Source: Clostridia bacterium (GTDB lineage Bacteria > Bacillota > Clostridia > Oscillospirales > Acutalibacteraceae). From it: a DNA stretch of 64,000 nt. The notes below the pieces were generated by a model that did not search any database, was not told the origin of the DNA, and saw only the letters and a program-made list of their open reading frames with translations. The stretch spans positions 17,765 to 81,764 of the forward strand of contig JAFTWW010000037.1 in NCBI GenBank assembly GCA_017465085.1, written 5' to 3'. Both the position numbers and the translations under genes were made by a program. Below, piece by piece: positions 1 through 8,737 of the stretch. Position 1 is the first letter of the stretch, and each line of letters opens with the position of its first letter.

Positions 1-807
1 GGGTATGTGAATTACTTTTTCGGCGGCAGAGGTGAGCCGCAGAATCATATCGTGGTCCTGACTGCCATCATACATAGTTCTGAAAACCCCTACCTTATCT
101 AAAAGGGAGGCCTTGAAAACCGAGAGATGACAGATATAGTTATTGGCAAGAAGGTTATCGTAGGAAAAATCGGGCTTATAGTGACGGGCTAAAATCGCCC
201 CTTTACCTTTACTGCCATCAAAGGTATATTCATCGGTATAAATAAAATCGGCATTCTCCTGCTCAATAGCCAATGCAACCTTAAAAAGCGCAGATGGATG
301 GAGCAGGTCATCATGGTCAAAAAGGGCTATATATTCGCCCGAGGACATTTTTATACACTCATTGGTATTTTCTGCAATGCCCTTGTTTTCGTTAAGCTTC
401 TTATATACGATGCGATTATCCTTTTGCGCATATTCACAGCACACTTTTTCTACAAAGCTATGCTCATCATCGCTTCCATCCGCAAGGCAGAGTTCAAAAT
501 TTTTATAGGTCTGATTTACAACCGACTCAATCATTTCCCTTAAAAAGCTCTCGGGGGTATTATATAAGGGTACCAAAACGCTGAATTTCACATTATTTCT
601 AAATGGGAAATTCTCCTGCCCATATCTTTCCTTATCCGAAACATCGATGCTTATCTTTTGCTTATCGAATGCGGTAAAATGCTTTGTATGGGCAATAGCG
701 GCCATAGGTCCCACTCTGAAAAACCATTTAAGGAAGATGCCTAAAACGGTGGTAAATCTGTTTTTAAGCATCTGTTTTTTCACAAAACTTAAAAGTTTTT
801 TTAACAT
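1..807 (-). CDS. Family 2 glycosyltransferase (C-terminus runs off the window edge)
   Basis: Own translation of the minus strand from ATG at 807: MLKKLLSF...NVKFSVLVPLYNTPESFLREMIESVVNQTYKNFELCLADGSDD...IALFDHDDLLHP. This shows GT-A/GT2 motifs. The frame is open to base 1, so it is absent from the ORF track. It starts 10 nt after the ABC ATPase stop. Confidence 0.75.
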   Translation of the reverse strand, partial: MLKKLLSFVKKQMLKNRFTTVLGIFLKWFFRVGPMAAIAHTKHFTAFDKQKISIDVSDKERYGQENFPFRNNVKFSVLVPLYNTPESFLREMIESVVNQTYKNFELCLADGSDDEHSFVEKVCCEYAQKDNRIVYKKLNENKGIAENTNECIKMSSGEYIALFDHDDLLHPSALFKVALAIEQENADFIYTDEYTFDGSKGKGAILARHYKPDFSYDNLLANNYICHLSVFKASLLDKVGVFRTMYDGSQDHDMILRLTSAAEKVIHIP

Positions 808-817
808 AGATTCAAAC

Positions 818-1561
818 CTATCTTGTAGTTGTTTTATACTGATCGCAAACCTCTTTGGTTTCGCCAATCATTTTAATCTTACCTTTTTCAATCCAAACGC
901 AGTGCTTACACAGCCGCTCTATCTGCTCAATAGAATGGGAAACGATAATTACCGTAGTATCCCCTTCTATCATCTGCTTGATTTTCTCTTCACACTTACG
1001 CTGAAACAGAAAATCGCCAACCGCTAAAATTTCATCAACTATTAAAATATCGGGGATAATAACGGTAGCAATGGCAAAGCCTATGCGGGCAACCATACCC
1101 GAAGAATAATTTTTCATAGGCACATCGAGAAAATCTCTCATCTCGGAAAACTCTACTATTTCATCGAATTTTTCATCCATAAACTTCTTGGAGTATCCGA
1201 GCACCGAGCCGTTAAGATAGATATTTTCCCTTGCTGTAAGCTCCATATCGAAGCCTGCGCCAAGTTCTATTAAGGGGGCTATTACGCCACTTGTTTCCAC
1301 CGAGCCGCTTGTGGGCTCCAAAATGCCCGAAATTATTTTAAGGGTGGTACTTTTACCACAGCCGTTAAGGCCCACGATACCGAAAACATCACCTTTTTTT
1401 ATATCGAAGGATATACCGTCAAGCGCGGTGAAATTTTCAAACTTAAGCTGCCTTTTAATTGCCTTTAAGAAGTATTCCTTAAGGCTATCGAGCTTTTCGT
1501 TGCTCATATTAAAGCGCATTACTATATCACGCAGTTCAACTGCATTTTCTTGGTTAATCAA
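818..1561 (-). CDS. ABC transporter ATP-binding protein, polysaccharide/teichoic-acid exporter type (TagH/Wzt-like)
   Basis: 247 aa. Walker A GLNGCGKST, signature YSSGM, Walker B ILIVDE. Sits next to an ABC-2 permease and a GT2. Confidence 0.9.
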   Translation of the reverse strand: MINQENAVELRDIVMRFNMSNEKLDSLKEYFLKAIKRQLKFENFTALDGISFDIKKGDVFGIVGLNGCGKSTTLKIISGILEPTSGSVETSGVIAPLIELGAGFDMELTARENIYLNGSVLGYSKKFMDEKFDEIVEFSEMRDFLDVPMKNYSSGMVARIGFAIATVIIPDILIVDEILAVGDFLFQRKCEEKIKQMIEGDTTVIIVSHSIEQIERLCKHCVWIEKGKIKMIGETKEVCDQYKTTTR

Positions 1562-1577
1562 TTTAATTCCTCCTCAA

Positions 1578-2408
1578 TTAAATGTGAAGAATAAACTTTT
1601 TCTCGGTCTTTCTGAAGAACACCCAGCCGAGCGCTAACACAGCAAGTCCCACGCCGAAGCAAATCAGATTATCCTTAAGGGAAGGCACAACGCCGTAAAT
1701 CATAACATTTCTAAAATAATTTATATAGTGATACATCGGGTTACAACGGATAATATTTCTAATGAATACGAAAACGGGATCAGCTCCATCTACCATACTT
1801 ATCTGATAGAAAACGGGGGTCATATACATCCACATAGTAAGAAGCACGCTGTATAGGTGAATGATATCTCTGAAAAACACGGTGAGGGCGCTGAGCAACA
1901 GGCTCATACCGCAAACAAACAGGAAACAATAGAATATTGCTACGGGGGCTAACAGTATAGTAAATGAGGGGAATGCGGGAAGAAAATTTGACCTGAATAT
2001 CATTACAAGGAAAACCGCCACCAGACTAAGCGAGAAGCTGACAAGTGAAAAAAGGCATTTTTCCAAGGGGAAGATATATTTAGGAATATAAACTTTCTTT
2101 ATAAGGGCGGCGGAACCTAATATAGAGGTCATAGAATTAGAGGTTGCTTCGGCAAAGAAATTCCAAAGAGATGCGCCCACTATATAATAGGTGGCAAAAT
2201 CTCCATCAACCTGAATCCTCAGCATCTTACTGAAAACTGCTGTAAGGACAAGCATAGTAAGAAGCGGATTTAACACACTCCAGGCAATACCGAGAACAGA
2301 ACGACGGTATTTAACCTTGAAATCCTTTGAAACAAGATTTTGAAGAAGAGGAGTAAATCTCTTAAAATCAGAAATGAGACCCTTGGAACCTGCTTTTTTA
2401 TTGCTCAA
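1578..2408 (-). CDS. ABC-2 type transporter permease (TagG/Wzm-like)
   Basis: 276 aa polytopic membrane protein. N-terminal FKVKYRRSVLGIAWSVLNPLL motif is typical of ABC-2 exporters. Lies directly upstream of the ATPase. Confidence 0.85.
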   Translation of the reverse strand: MSNKKAGSKGLISDFKRFTPLLQNLVSKDFKVKYRRSVLGIAWSVLNPLLTMLVLTAVFSKMLRIQVDGDFATYYIVGASLWNFFAEATSNSMTSILGSAALIKKVYIPKYIFPLEKCLFSLVSFSLSLVAVFLVMIFRSNFLPAFPSFTILLAPVAIFYCFLFVCGMSLLLSALTVFFRDIIHLYSVLLTMWMYMTPVFYQISMVDGADPVFVFIRNIIRCNPMYHYINYFRNVMIYGVVPSLKDNLICFGVGLAVLALGWVFFRKTEKKFILHI

Positions 2409-2468
2409 AATATATCCCTCACTAAATCAATATAGTCCTTTCTAAATTATACCAAACAAGTAATAATA

Positions 2469-3176
2469 TTGCAAGAGAAATTGCAAATAATAAATAGGGT
2501 GATAAATTTGATTTCTGTAGTTATAAGAACGGCAATACTTTATATTATCGTTACCGTGGGTATAAGGCTTATGGGTAAAAGGCAGATCGGTGATATGCAG
2601 CCTAATGAGCTTGTAGTTACCCTGCTCATATCCGAAATAGCCGCCATTCCCCTGCAAGATATGGATCAGCCCGTATTTATAGGTGTTGTTGCAATATTTA
2701 CCCTTGTTATTATTGAAATTATTATTTCCATACTTTCAATGAGAAGCTATTTCTTCAGAAAAATCGTTAACGGCAAATCGGTTGTGCTTATTAAAAACGG
2801 TATGATAGACCAAAAGGCTATGAAAAATGTGAGGATGACTGTATTTGACCTAGTGGAGCTTTTACGCTCACAGGAGGTTTTTGATATATCCTCTGTTGCC
2901 TATGCAGTACTAGAGGTTAACGGAAGTCTGAGCGTTCTTCTTAAGGGTAAGGCAAAGCCCGTAACGCCCAGCGACCTTAATTTAGGCGCAGAGGACAAGG
3001 GGCTCCCCTTACCCGTTATCAGTGACGGTAAGGTTATAGATGAATCCCTCGATTTTTTGCAGATAAGCAGAAATAATCTTGAAGGTATATTAAAAAAAGA
3101 GCGACTCACCATTAAGGATGTTTTTCTTATGATGGTGGATAAAAAGGGTAATAAAAACATTGTGAAAAAGGTGTAG
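2469..3176 (+). CDS. DUF421 (YetF-like) membrane protein
   Basis: RLMGKRQIGDMQPNELVVTLLISEIAA motif plus a C-terminal soluble domain. The start is uncertain: TTG 2469 from the track, or possibly GTG 2499. Confidence 0.7.
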   Translation: MQEKLQIINRVINLISVVIRTAILYIIVTVGIRLMGKRQIGDMQPNELVVTLLISEIAAIPLQDMDQPVFIGVVAIFTLVIIEIIISILSMRSYFFRKIVNGKSVVLIKNGMIDQKAMKNVRMTVFDLVELLRSQEVFDISSVAYAVLEVNGSLSVLLKGKAKPVTPSDLNLGAEDKGLPLPVISDGKVIDESLDFLQISRNNLEGILKKERLTIKDVFLMMVDKKGNKNIVKKV

Positions 3177-3180
3177 GTTT

Positions 3181-3561
3181 ATGAAGAGGCTTTTTTACGC
3201 GCTGGTAATTTTACTGTTTATAACTGCTGTGTGTATATTCGGCAGTATTCTTATATGTCATTACTGCGAAAACTCAAAGGAAGAACTGAGCTTTTGTCTT
3301 GCTCTTTGTGAGGAAGAGGATTGGAAGAGCGCCGAAGCCTTATCAATAGATGCCATAGATAACTGGAAAAAAAGAGAGAAGTTTATGGCAATATTTATAG
3401 ACCACAAGTTGCTTGATAATATTACAGAAGCCATATCTACCCTACCCATATATGCAAATTTGAAGAGCAAATCGGATTTTTATGCAAGTTGTAGTCAGAT
3501 TACGGTGATTATTGATAGAATACGGGATTCGCAGACATTTCATATAGAAAATTTTTACTGA
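3181..3561 (+). CDS. DUF4363-like small membrane-anchored protein
   Basis: 126 aa with a single N-terminal TM. Lies 4 nt after the DUF421 gene, a pairing common in Clostridia. Confidence 0.55.
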   Translation: MKRLFYALVILLFITAVCIFGSILICHYCENSKEELSFCLALCEEEDWKSAEALSIDAIDNWKKREKFMAIFIDHKLLDNITEAISTLPIYANLKSKSDFYASCSQITVIIDRIRDSQTFHIENFY

Positions 3562-3621
3562 TTTTTTGCATAATATTTTCATAAAATGCAAAATATTTTG
3601 AATATTTATGCAATTTGCCCC

Positions 3622-3650
3622 TTGACAAATCATATATACGGTGCTATAAT
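3622..3650 (+). promoter_or_regulatory. SigA-type promoter of the amino-acid ABC operon
   Basis: TTGACA (3622-3627), 17-nt spacer, TGcTATAAT (extended -10, TATAAT 3645-3650). Confidence 0.6.
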
Positions 3651-3704
3651 CACTTCATAAACTTAAATTAAGGCGTATTTTAATACGCGGAAATGAGGAA
3701 AATT

Positions 3705-4466
3705 ATGAAAAAGATTATAGCATTACTTTTAGCAGTTTGCATGGTATTCTGCTTTGCAGCCTGCGGTAAGAACACAGATGATGCCGATAACAAGCTTGTT
3801 ATGGCAACCAATGCCGAGTTCCCTCCCTATGAGTATCATGAGGGTGATGAGATTGTTGGTATCGATGCTGAAATCGCAGCTTTAATCGCTGAGAAGCTTG
3901 ATATGGAGCTTGAAATCGCCGATGTTGATTTCGATTCCATTATCCCCGGCGTTCAGGAAGGCAAGTACGATATGGGTATGGCTGGTATGACTGTTACCGA
4001 TGAGCGTCTCGAAAAAGTTGCATTCTCTGATACTTATGCCAAGGGTGTTCAGGTTGTTATCGTTAAGGAAGATGGCAACATCGCTTCCCTTGATGATGTT
4101 GAAGGCAAGAAGATTGGCGTTCAGCAGGGCACTACCGGTGATATCTATGCTTCCGATTCCGTTGAAAACGGCGGCTATGGCGAAGAGAATGTTACCAAGT
4201 ATGCCAATGGCGCTTTAGCGGTTGAGGCTCTTAAGTCCGACAAGGTTGATTGCGTTATCATTGATAACGAGCCTGCTAAGGCTTATGTAAAGGCTAACGA
4301 GGGTCTTAAGATTCTTGATACTGAGTATGCTAATGAGGACTATGCTATTTGCTTTGCTAAGGAAAACACCGAGCTTCAGACCAAGGTTAACGATGCTCTT
4401 AAGGAGCTCATTGCTGACGGTTCTGTTCAGAAGGTTGTTGATAAGTACATCAAGGCTGAGGAATAA
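3705..4466 (+). CDS. Amino-acid ABC transporter substrate-binding lipoprotein
   Basis: Signal peptide with Cys (LLAVCMVFCFAAC). Family-3 SBP motifs (ATNAEFPPYEY, MAGMTVTDER). ATG 3705 is preferred over 3693 because GAGGA sits 6 nt upstream. Confidence 0.9.
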   Translation: MKKIIALLLAVCMVFCFAACGKNTDDADNKLVMATNAEFPPYEYHEGDEIVGIDAEIAALIAEKLDMELEIADVDFDSIIPGVQEGKYDMGMAGMTVTDERLEKVAFSDTYAKGVQVVIVKEDGNIASLDDVEGKKIGVQQGTTGDIYASDSVENGGYGEENVTKYANGALAVEALKSDKVDCVIIDNEPAKAYVKANEGLKILDTEYANEDYAICFAKENTELQTKVNDALKELIADGSVQKVVDKYIKAEE

Positions 4467-4487
4467 TCCCTACACTCAAAAAAATTT

Positions 4488-4516
4488 AAGGGCGGTTTGA
4501 TACCGCCCTTATTTGT
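4488..4516 (+). terminator. Intra-operon hairpin/partial terminator after the SBP gene
   Basis: AAGGGCGG-tttgata-CCGCCCTT followed by ATTTGTG. Confidence 0.5.
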
Positions 4517-4531
4517 GCATTACGAACGGAT

Positions 4532-5275
4532 GTGATTAAAATTTTAGATTGGTTAAAACAGCTCTGGGAATCCTTCTCCCACGAATTTGATTTTGTTTTT
4601 ATTCAGGGCGGCCGATATCAGCAGATGCTCACAGGTATTCTTAACACCCTAAAAATCACCGCAGGCGCTTTACTTATAGGTGTGCTTATAGGTATTATTG
4701 TTGCCGCTATCCGCTCTTCCTATGATAAGAGCAGAGTAAGGCGTGGCTTCGGCTTTACTATACTTAAAGTGCTGAATGCCATCTGCAAGATTTATCTTAC
4801 TGTTATAAGGGGAACACCTGTTGTTGTTCAGCTTATGATTTTCTATTTCCTTGTTTTTGTATCGGCAAGAGATGGCGTACCCGTTGCAATATTTGCCTTT
4901 GGTATTAACTCAGGCGCCTATGTTGCCGAAATCTTCCGCGGCGGTATTATGGCGGTTGATAACGGTCAGTTTGAGGCAGGCCGAAGCCTTGGCTTTAACT
5001 ATGTTCAAACTATGATACATATAATCATTCCACAAATGTTCAAGGCTGTGCTCCCTACCCTTTGTAACGAGTTTATAGCATTGCTTAAAGAAACCTCCGT
5101 AGCAGGATATGTGGGTGTTATGGACCTTACCAAAGCAGGTAACTCCATTGCGGGCAGAACTTATTCTTATTTCCTACCATTGCTCACCGTTGCGGCTATC
5201 TACTTAGTTGTTGTTATGATTCTTACCTGGCTTGTAGGAATACTTGAAAGGAGGCTGCGCAAGAGTGACCACTAA
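4532..5275 (+). CDS. Amino-acid ABC transporter permease
   Basis: 247 aa. His/Glu/Gln/Arg-type permease with EAA-like loop ([22 protein letters not shown]). Confidence 0.9.
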   Translation: MIKILDWLKQLWESFSHEFDFVFIQGGRYQQMLTGILNTLKITAGALLIGVLIGIIVAAIRSSYDKSRVRRGFGFTILKVLNAICKIYLTVIRGTPVVVQLMIFYFLVFVSARDGVPVAIFAFGINSGAYVAEIFRGGIMAVDNGQFEAGRSLGFNYVQTMIHIIIPQMFKAVLPTLCNEFIALLKETSVAGYVGVMDLTKAGNSIAGRTYSYFLPLLTVAAIYLVVVMILTWLVGILERRLRKSDH

Positions 5276-6005
5276 CGATATTTTGATCAAGGTTGAAAAT
5301 CTTAAAAAGAACTTTGATAGCATCGAGGTTTTGAAAGGCATCAACTCCGAAATCAAGAAGGGCGAGGTTGTTGTTATTATCGGAGCATCGGGCTCGGGTA
5401 AATCCACCTTCTTACGCTGCCTTAACAGGCTTGAGGAATCTACTGACGGCCATATATATTTTAACGGCACAGATATTACCGACCCTAAGACCGATATAAA
5501 CCTGCACCGTCAGAAAAGGGGTATGGTTTTCCAGCAGTTTAACCTTTTCCCCCATATGACCATACTTAAGAATATGACCATAGCCCCCATTAAGCTTTTA
5601 GGTCTTTCAAAAGCGGATGCTGAGAAAAAGGCTATGGAATTGCTGGAGAAGGTTGGTCTTGCAGATAGAGCAAACTCCTACCCCTCTCAGCTTTCGGGCG
5701 GACAGAAGCAGCGTGTTGCCATAGTTCGCGCTCTTTGTATGAACCCCGAGGTTATGCTCTTTGATGAGCCCACAAGTGCTCTTGATCCCGAGATGGTTGG
5801 CGAGGTGCTGACAGTTATGAAGGAATTGGCGCAGAGCGGTATGACCATGGCGGTTGTAACTCACGAAATGGGCTTTGCCCGTGAGGTTGCCGATCGCATA
5901 CTCTTTATCGATGAGGGTATTATTATGGAAGAAGGCACACCCGAAGAGGTTTTCACAAATCCCAAAAGTCCCCGCCTTCGCGACTTCTTAAGTAAAGTAT
6001 TATAA
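5265..6005 (+). CDS. Amino-acid ABC transporter ATP-binding protein (GlnQ-like)
   Basis: Walker [18 protein letters not shown], Walker [15 protein letters not shown] 5265 is preferred over the track start 5244 because of GAAAGGAGG at 5246-5254. Confidence 0.9.
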   Translation: MTTNDILIKVENLKKNFDSIEVLKGINSEIKKGEVVVIIGASGSGKSTFLRCLNRLEESTDGHIYFNGTDITDPKTDINLHRQKRGMVFQQFNLFPHMTILKNMTIAPIKLLGLSKADAEKKAMELLEKVGLADRANSYPSQLSGGQKQRVAIVRALCMNPEVMLFDEPTSALDPEMVGEVLTVMKELAQSGMTMAVVTHEMGFAREVADRILFIDEGIIMEEGTPEEVFTNPKSPRLRDFLSKVL

Positions 6006-6008
6006 TCA

Positions 6009-6041
6009 TATAGCCATCCGCAAGGGTGGCTATATTGTTTA
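6009..6041 (+). terminator. Rho-independent terminator of the ABC operon
   Basis: ATAGCCATCC-gcaa-GGGTGGCTAT followed by ATTGTTT. Confidence 0.6.
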
Positions 6042-6072
6042 ATATTTTACTAATTTATGACACATATTTACA

Positions 6073-6101
6073 TTGAAATCAGCTAATAAGTATGCTAAAA
6101 T
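6073..6101 (+). promoter_or_regulatory. SigA-type promoter upstream of the cobalamin riboswitch
   Basis: TTGAAA (6073-6078), 17-nt spacer, TGcTAAAAT (6093-6101). Confidence 0.5.
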
Positions 6102-6107
6102 TATAAA

Positions 6108-6300
6108 GTTCAAGGGAAGCAGGTGGGATTCCTGCGCGAGCCCGTCGCCGTAAGGCACCGAACGAGTTAAGGTATATCCCCTGCCGTAAAGGGATGAAAG
6201 CCATTGGGATTTCCCGAGAAGGTCCTTAGCTTGTGCCAAGCCGGAAGACCTGAACAAGTTAACAAGCTCCGCATAGTCGCGAGCGCCGATTGGAGTAGGA
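6108..6300 (+). promoter_or_regulatory. Cobalamin (B12) riboswitch
   Basis: AAGGGAAGCAGGTGGGATTCCTGCGCGAGCCCGTCGCCGTAAGG core. B12-box-like GCCATTGGGATTTCCCGAGAAGG. GCCGGAAGACCTG 3' element. Sits between a promoter and a lipoprotein gene. Confidence 0.85.
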
Positions 6301-6323
6301 AAATTAAATTTGGAGATGTTAAA

Positions 6324-6782
6324 ATGACTAAGAAAAACTTTATTTCCCGTTTTTCGTTTACAGTCCTTTTATGTGTGCTCATTACGGCTACAGCACTAAC
6401 ATTTACGGCTTGTAACGATACCAAAGATGATGGCCCTTTAAGCAGCGGTCCTTCCCAAACTGTTACCGATACTGTTACAAAAATCGGTGAAGGCACAACC
6501 GTTTTCGATTTTACCGTAATCGATATTGAGGGTAACGAAACCAAATTTGAGGTTTCAACCGATGAGACCACCGTGGGAGCCGCTCTTCAGAAGGTAGGTC
6601 TTATTGAAGGAGAAGACAGTGAATTCGGCCTTTATGTAAAGAAGGTTAACGGAATTACCGCCGATTATGATGTTGACGGTACATACTGGTCCTTCCTCAT
6701 CAACGGTGAGTATGCCTCCGCAGGCGCTGATACCACCGAAATTAACACGGAGGATTCCTATTCCTTTAAGGTAGCAAAATAA
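6324..6782 (+). CDS. DUF4430-like (transcobalamin-fold) surface lipoprotein, putative B12-binding
   Basis: ATG 6324 is preceded by GGAG. Signal peptide ends in TFTAC. The C-terminal YWSFLINGEYASAGA motif is typical of DUF4430. The track start at 6204 lies inside the riboswitch and is rejected. Confidence 0.7.
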   Translation: MTKKNFISRFSFTVLLCVLITATALTFTACNDTKDDGPLSSGPSQTVTDTVTKIGEGTTVFDFTVIDIEGNETKFEVSTDETTVGAALQKVGLIEGEDSEFGLYVKKVNGITADYDVDGTYWSFLINGEYASAGADTTEINTEDSYSFKVAK

Positions 6783-7291
6783 TGAAGCTCAAATTAAAGG
6801 AGATTGCTCTCTTTGCTTTACTTGGAGTTCTGATGTTCACCTCAAAAAAGCTGATGGAATTCCTGCCTAATATACATCTTGTGGGCACCTTAACCGTTGC
6901 CTATACTGCGGCATTTCGCAGTAAGGCCCTGTTCCCTATTTATGTTTATGTGTTTTTGGATGGGCTTTTCGGCGGTTTCGGGCTTTGGTGGTACCCATAC
7001 TTATATATATGGACAGTTCTTTGGGCTTTTGCAATGCTGATACCGCAGAACTTACCTAAAAAGTTTTTGGTTATCCTGTATATTTCGGTTTGCGGATTAC
7101 ACGGATTTTTATTCGGTGTTCTCTACTCACCCTTTCAAGCTTTGGCATTCGGCCTTGATTTCAAAGGAACAATCAACTGGATAATTGCGGGGATTCCCTT
7201 TGATGTTATCCACGGAGTAAGCAATCTGCTTGTAGGAACACTTATCTTCCCTATTGCCTCGGTCTTAAAAAAGGCAGTAAACAGAATATAA
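6782..7291 (+). CDS. ECF-type S-component-like membrane protein (putative cobalamin-specific)
   Basis: 169 aa with about 5-6 TM helices. Start overlaps the DUF4430 stop (TAATG). Under the same B12 riboswitch. Confidence 0.55.
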   Translation: MKLKLKEIALFALLGVLMFTSKKLMEFLPNIHLVGTLTVAYTAAFRSKALFPIYVYVFLDGLFGGFGLWWYPYLYIWTVLWAFAMLIPQNLPKKFLVILYISVCGLHGFLFGVLYSPFQALAFGLDFKGTINWIIAGIPFDVIHGVSNLLVGTLIFPIASVLKKAVNRI

Positions 7292-7296
7292 GTCAA

Positions 7297-7335
7297 AATA
7301 ACCTTCGTGTTTTTATACGCGGAGGTTATTTTTTA
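7297..7335 (+). terminator. Rho-independent terminator
   Basis: AATAACCT..AGGTTATT stem followed by TTTTTT. Confidence 0.6.
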
Positions 7336-7410
7336 ACCTTTTTTATAAACTTTCATACAATGTATTGAAGTGTAGTCTTCAAATATATTTTGAAATCAGG
7401 AGGCAATTAT

Positions 7411-8211
7411 ATGGCAGATATCAATACCGCCGAAAACGGCGAATTCAGAGAAGCTGTATGTGTAGATGTGGGCAGAGTTTATGATTCCTGCTGCGACCGT
7501 GACTGTCTTGAAGATATGCGCTGCTACTTCACTGCAGAATCACAAACATACATCAATCAAGCCAAAAGCATCAGACTTAAAAAGGCAGAGGTACTTAATG
7601 TTTATATCGATGTGGAGCCCGTTAACTTTAACCGCGGCTTTTACTCTTGCGATATGACATTCTTCTTCCTCGTAAATTTGGAGGTTTTCACCTCACATAA
7701 CACCTGTCCCGTTGATGTTAACGGAATATGCTTCTATAACAAAAAGGCAATCCTTTTCGGCAGTGAGGGCAGTGTTAAAACCTTTACAAGTGTTATGGAT
7801 GACAGTTCCTGCGAAACACAGACAATTGGCTCTACCAACATGCCTAAATGCGTGGTACAGACCGTTGAGCCCGTAGCCCTTGGCGCTCATCTCGGCAAAT
7901 GCAAGGGCAGGTACGAAAAATCCTGCTATATTCCCAAGAACATTCTTGAATACTTAGGCTCACCCTTAGTTATGGATGATGATGACAATACTACGGTTTA
8001 TGCATCCCTTGGTCTATTTACCATTGTTCAGCTCGTAAGAAATGTTCAGATGCTTATCCCTGCATACGATTTCTGTATGCCCGAAAAGCACTGCTGCGGC
8101 GATACCACCGATCAGCCCTGCGATGTTTTCAGAAACCTTAAATTCCCCACAGAAGATTTCTTCCCTCCCCGCTCATTAGACGGAGATAATCCCTGCGGCT
8201 GCGGAAACTAA
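7411..8211 (+). CDS. Cysteine-rich hypothetical protein (18 Cys in 266 aa)
   Basis: AGGAGG lies 7 nt upstream of ATG 7411. Has its own terminator. N-terminus AVCVDVGRVYDSCCDRDCLEDMRCYF, C-terminus HCCGDTTDQPCD...NPCGCGN. No family recognised. Confidence 0.7.
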   Translation: MADINTAENGEFREAVCVDVGRVYDSCCDRDCLEDMRCYFTAESQTYINQAKSIRLKKAEVLNVYIDVEPVNFNRGFYSCDMTFFFLVNLEVFTSHNTCPVDVNGICFYNKKAILFGSEGSVKTFTSVMDDSSCETQTIGSTNMPKCVVQTVEPVALGAHLGKCKGRYEKSCYIPKNILEYLGSPLVMDDDDNTTVYASLGLFTIVQLVRNVQMLIPAYDFCMPEKHCCGDTTDQPCDVFRNLKFPTEDFFPPRSLDGDNPCGCGN

Positions 8212-8220
8212 ACAAAAATT

Positions 8221-8249
8221 AAGCCTCCCATAAGGGAGGCGAATTTTTA
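8221..8249 (+). terminator. Rho-independent terminator
   Basis: GCCTCCC-ataa-GGGAGGC followed by GAATTTTT. Confidence 0.65.
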
Positions 8250-8252
8250 AGG

Positions 8253-8348
8253 CTATATAAACATCCTTGCGCCGAAATACCCAAAAAGAATGAGCGCCAC
8301 TGCAACAAGGGTTAATGCGGCGCTTTTGAAAAAGATTTTATATTTCAT
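8253..8348 (-). CDS. Possible 31-aa single-TM micro-protein
   Basis: Own translation MKYKIFFKSAALTLVAVALILFGYFGARMFI with GAAGGA upstream. Too short for the ORF track. Weak call. Confidence 0.25.
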   Translation of the reverse strand: MKYKIFFKSAALTLVAVALILFGYFGARMFI

Positions 8349-8413
8349 CTGCATTTCCTTCACCCACATATTAGGTTTTCATCTTATCTGCTGTTTATTC
8401 ATCGGAGGTATAT

Positions 8414-8737
8414 ATGCTGATATATAAAAAAATAACTCCGAACATAAAGGTAGTTCCCGCAAAAAAATATGTTCTCACCTTTAATTGCTTTGAGGATTTA
8501 GCATGCTGCTGCGCATACTTATCCAGTTCGCAGAAAAGCATCCTTTACAGATGGGAGGACGGCTACCGATTACTGCTCTGCTGTAGAACGCCGCCCAAAA
8601 TCATTATAATAAAAGAATTCTGCACCGCCGTAAAATCAGGCAGTACAGAATTTTCGTTAACCGAAGAATACGGTAAATATATTTACGGTTCTGATGCGGT
8701 TGAGAGAATAAACAAGGCATTTAATAAATTAAAGTGA
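8414..8737 (+). CDS. Hypothetical protein, possibly a short MecA-like adaptor C-terminal domain
   Basis: 107 aa. The pattern F.DLE......L....SILYRWEDGYRLLL ... EEYGKYI resembles the MecA/YpbH C-terminal domain. Recalled from memory only. Confidence 0.35.
   Translation: MLIYKKITPNIKVVPAKKYVLTFNCFEDLACCCAYLSSSQKSILYRWEDGYRLLLCCRTPPKIIIIKEFCTAVKSGSTEFSLTEEYGKYIYGSDAVERINKAFNKLK

Noticed and set aside
298-1027. Two plus-strand ORFs (298-543 and 647-1027) at the window start.
   Set aside because: The minus strand encodes a continuous GT2 glycosyltransferase and the ABC ATPase here. The plus-strand translations are low-complexity hydrophobic noise.
6204-6323. Track ORF start (TTG 6204) that extends the DUF4430 gene 40 codons upstream.
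   Set aside because: This stretch is the 3' half of the cobalamin riboswitch. A proper GGAG RBS and ATG with a signal peptide begin at 6324.
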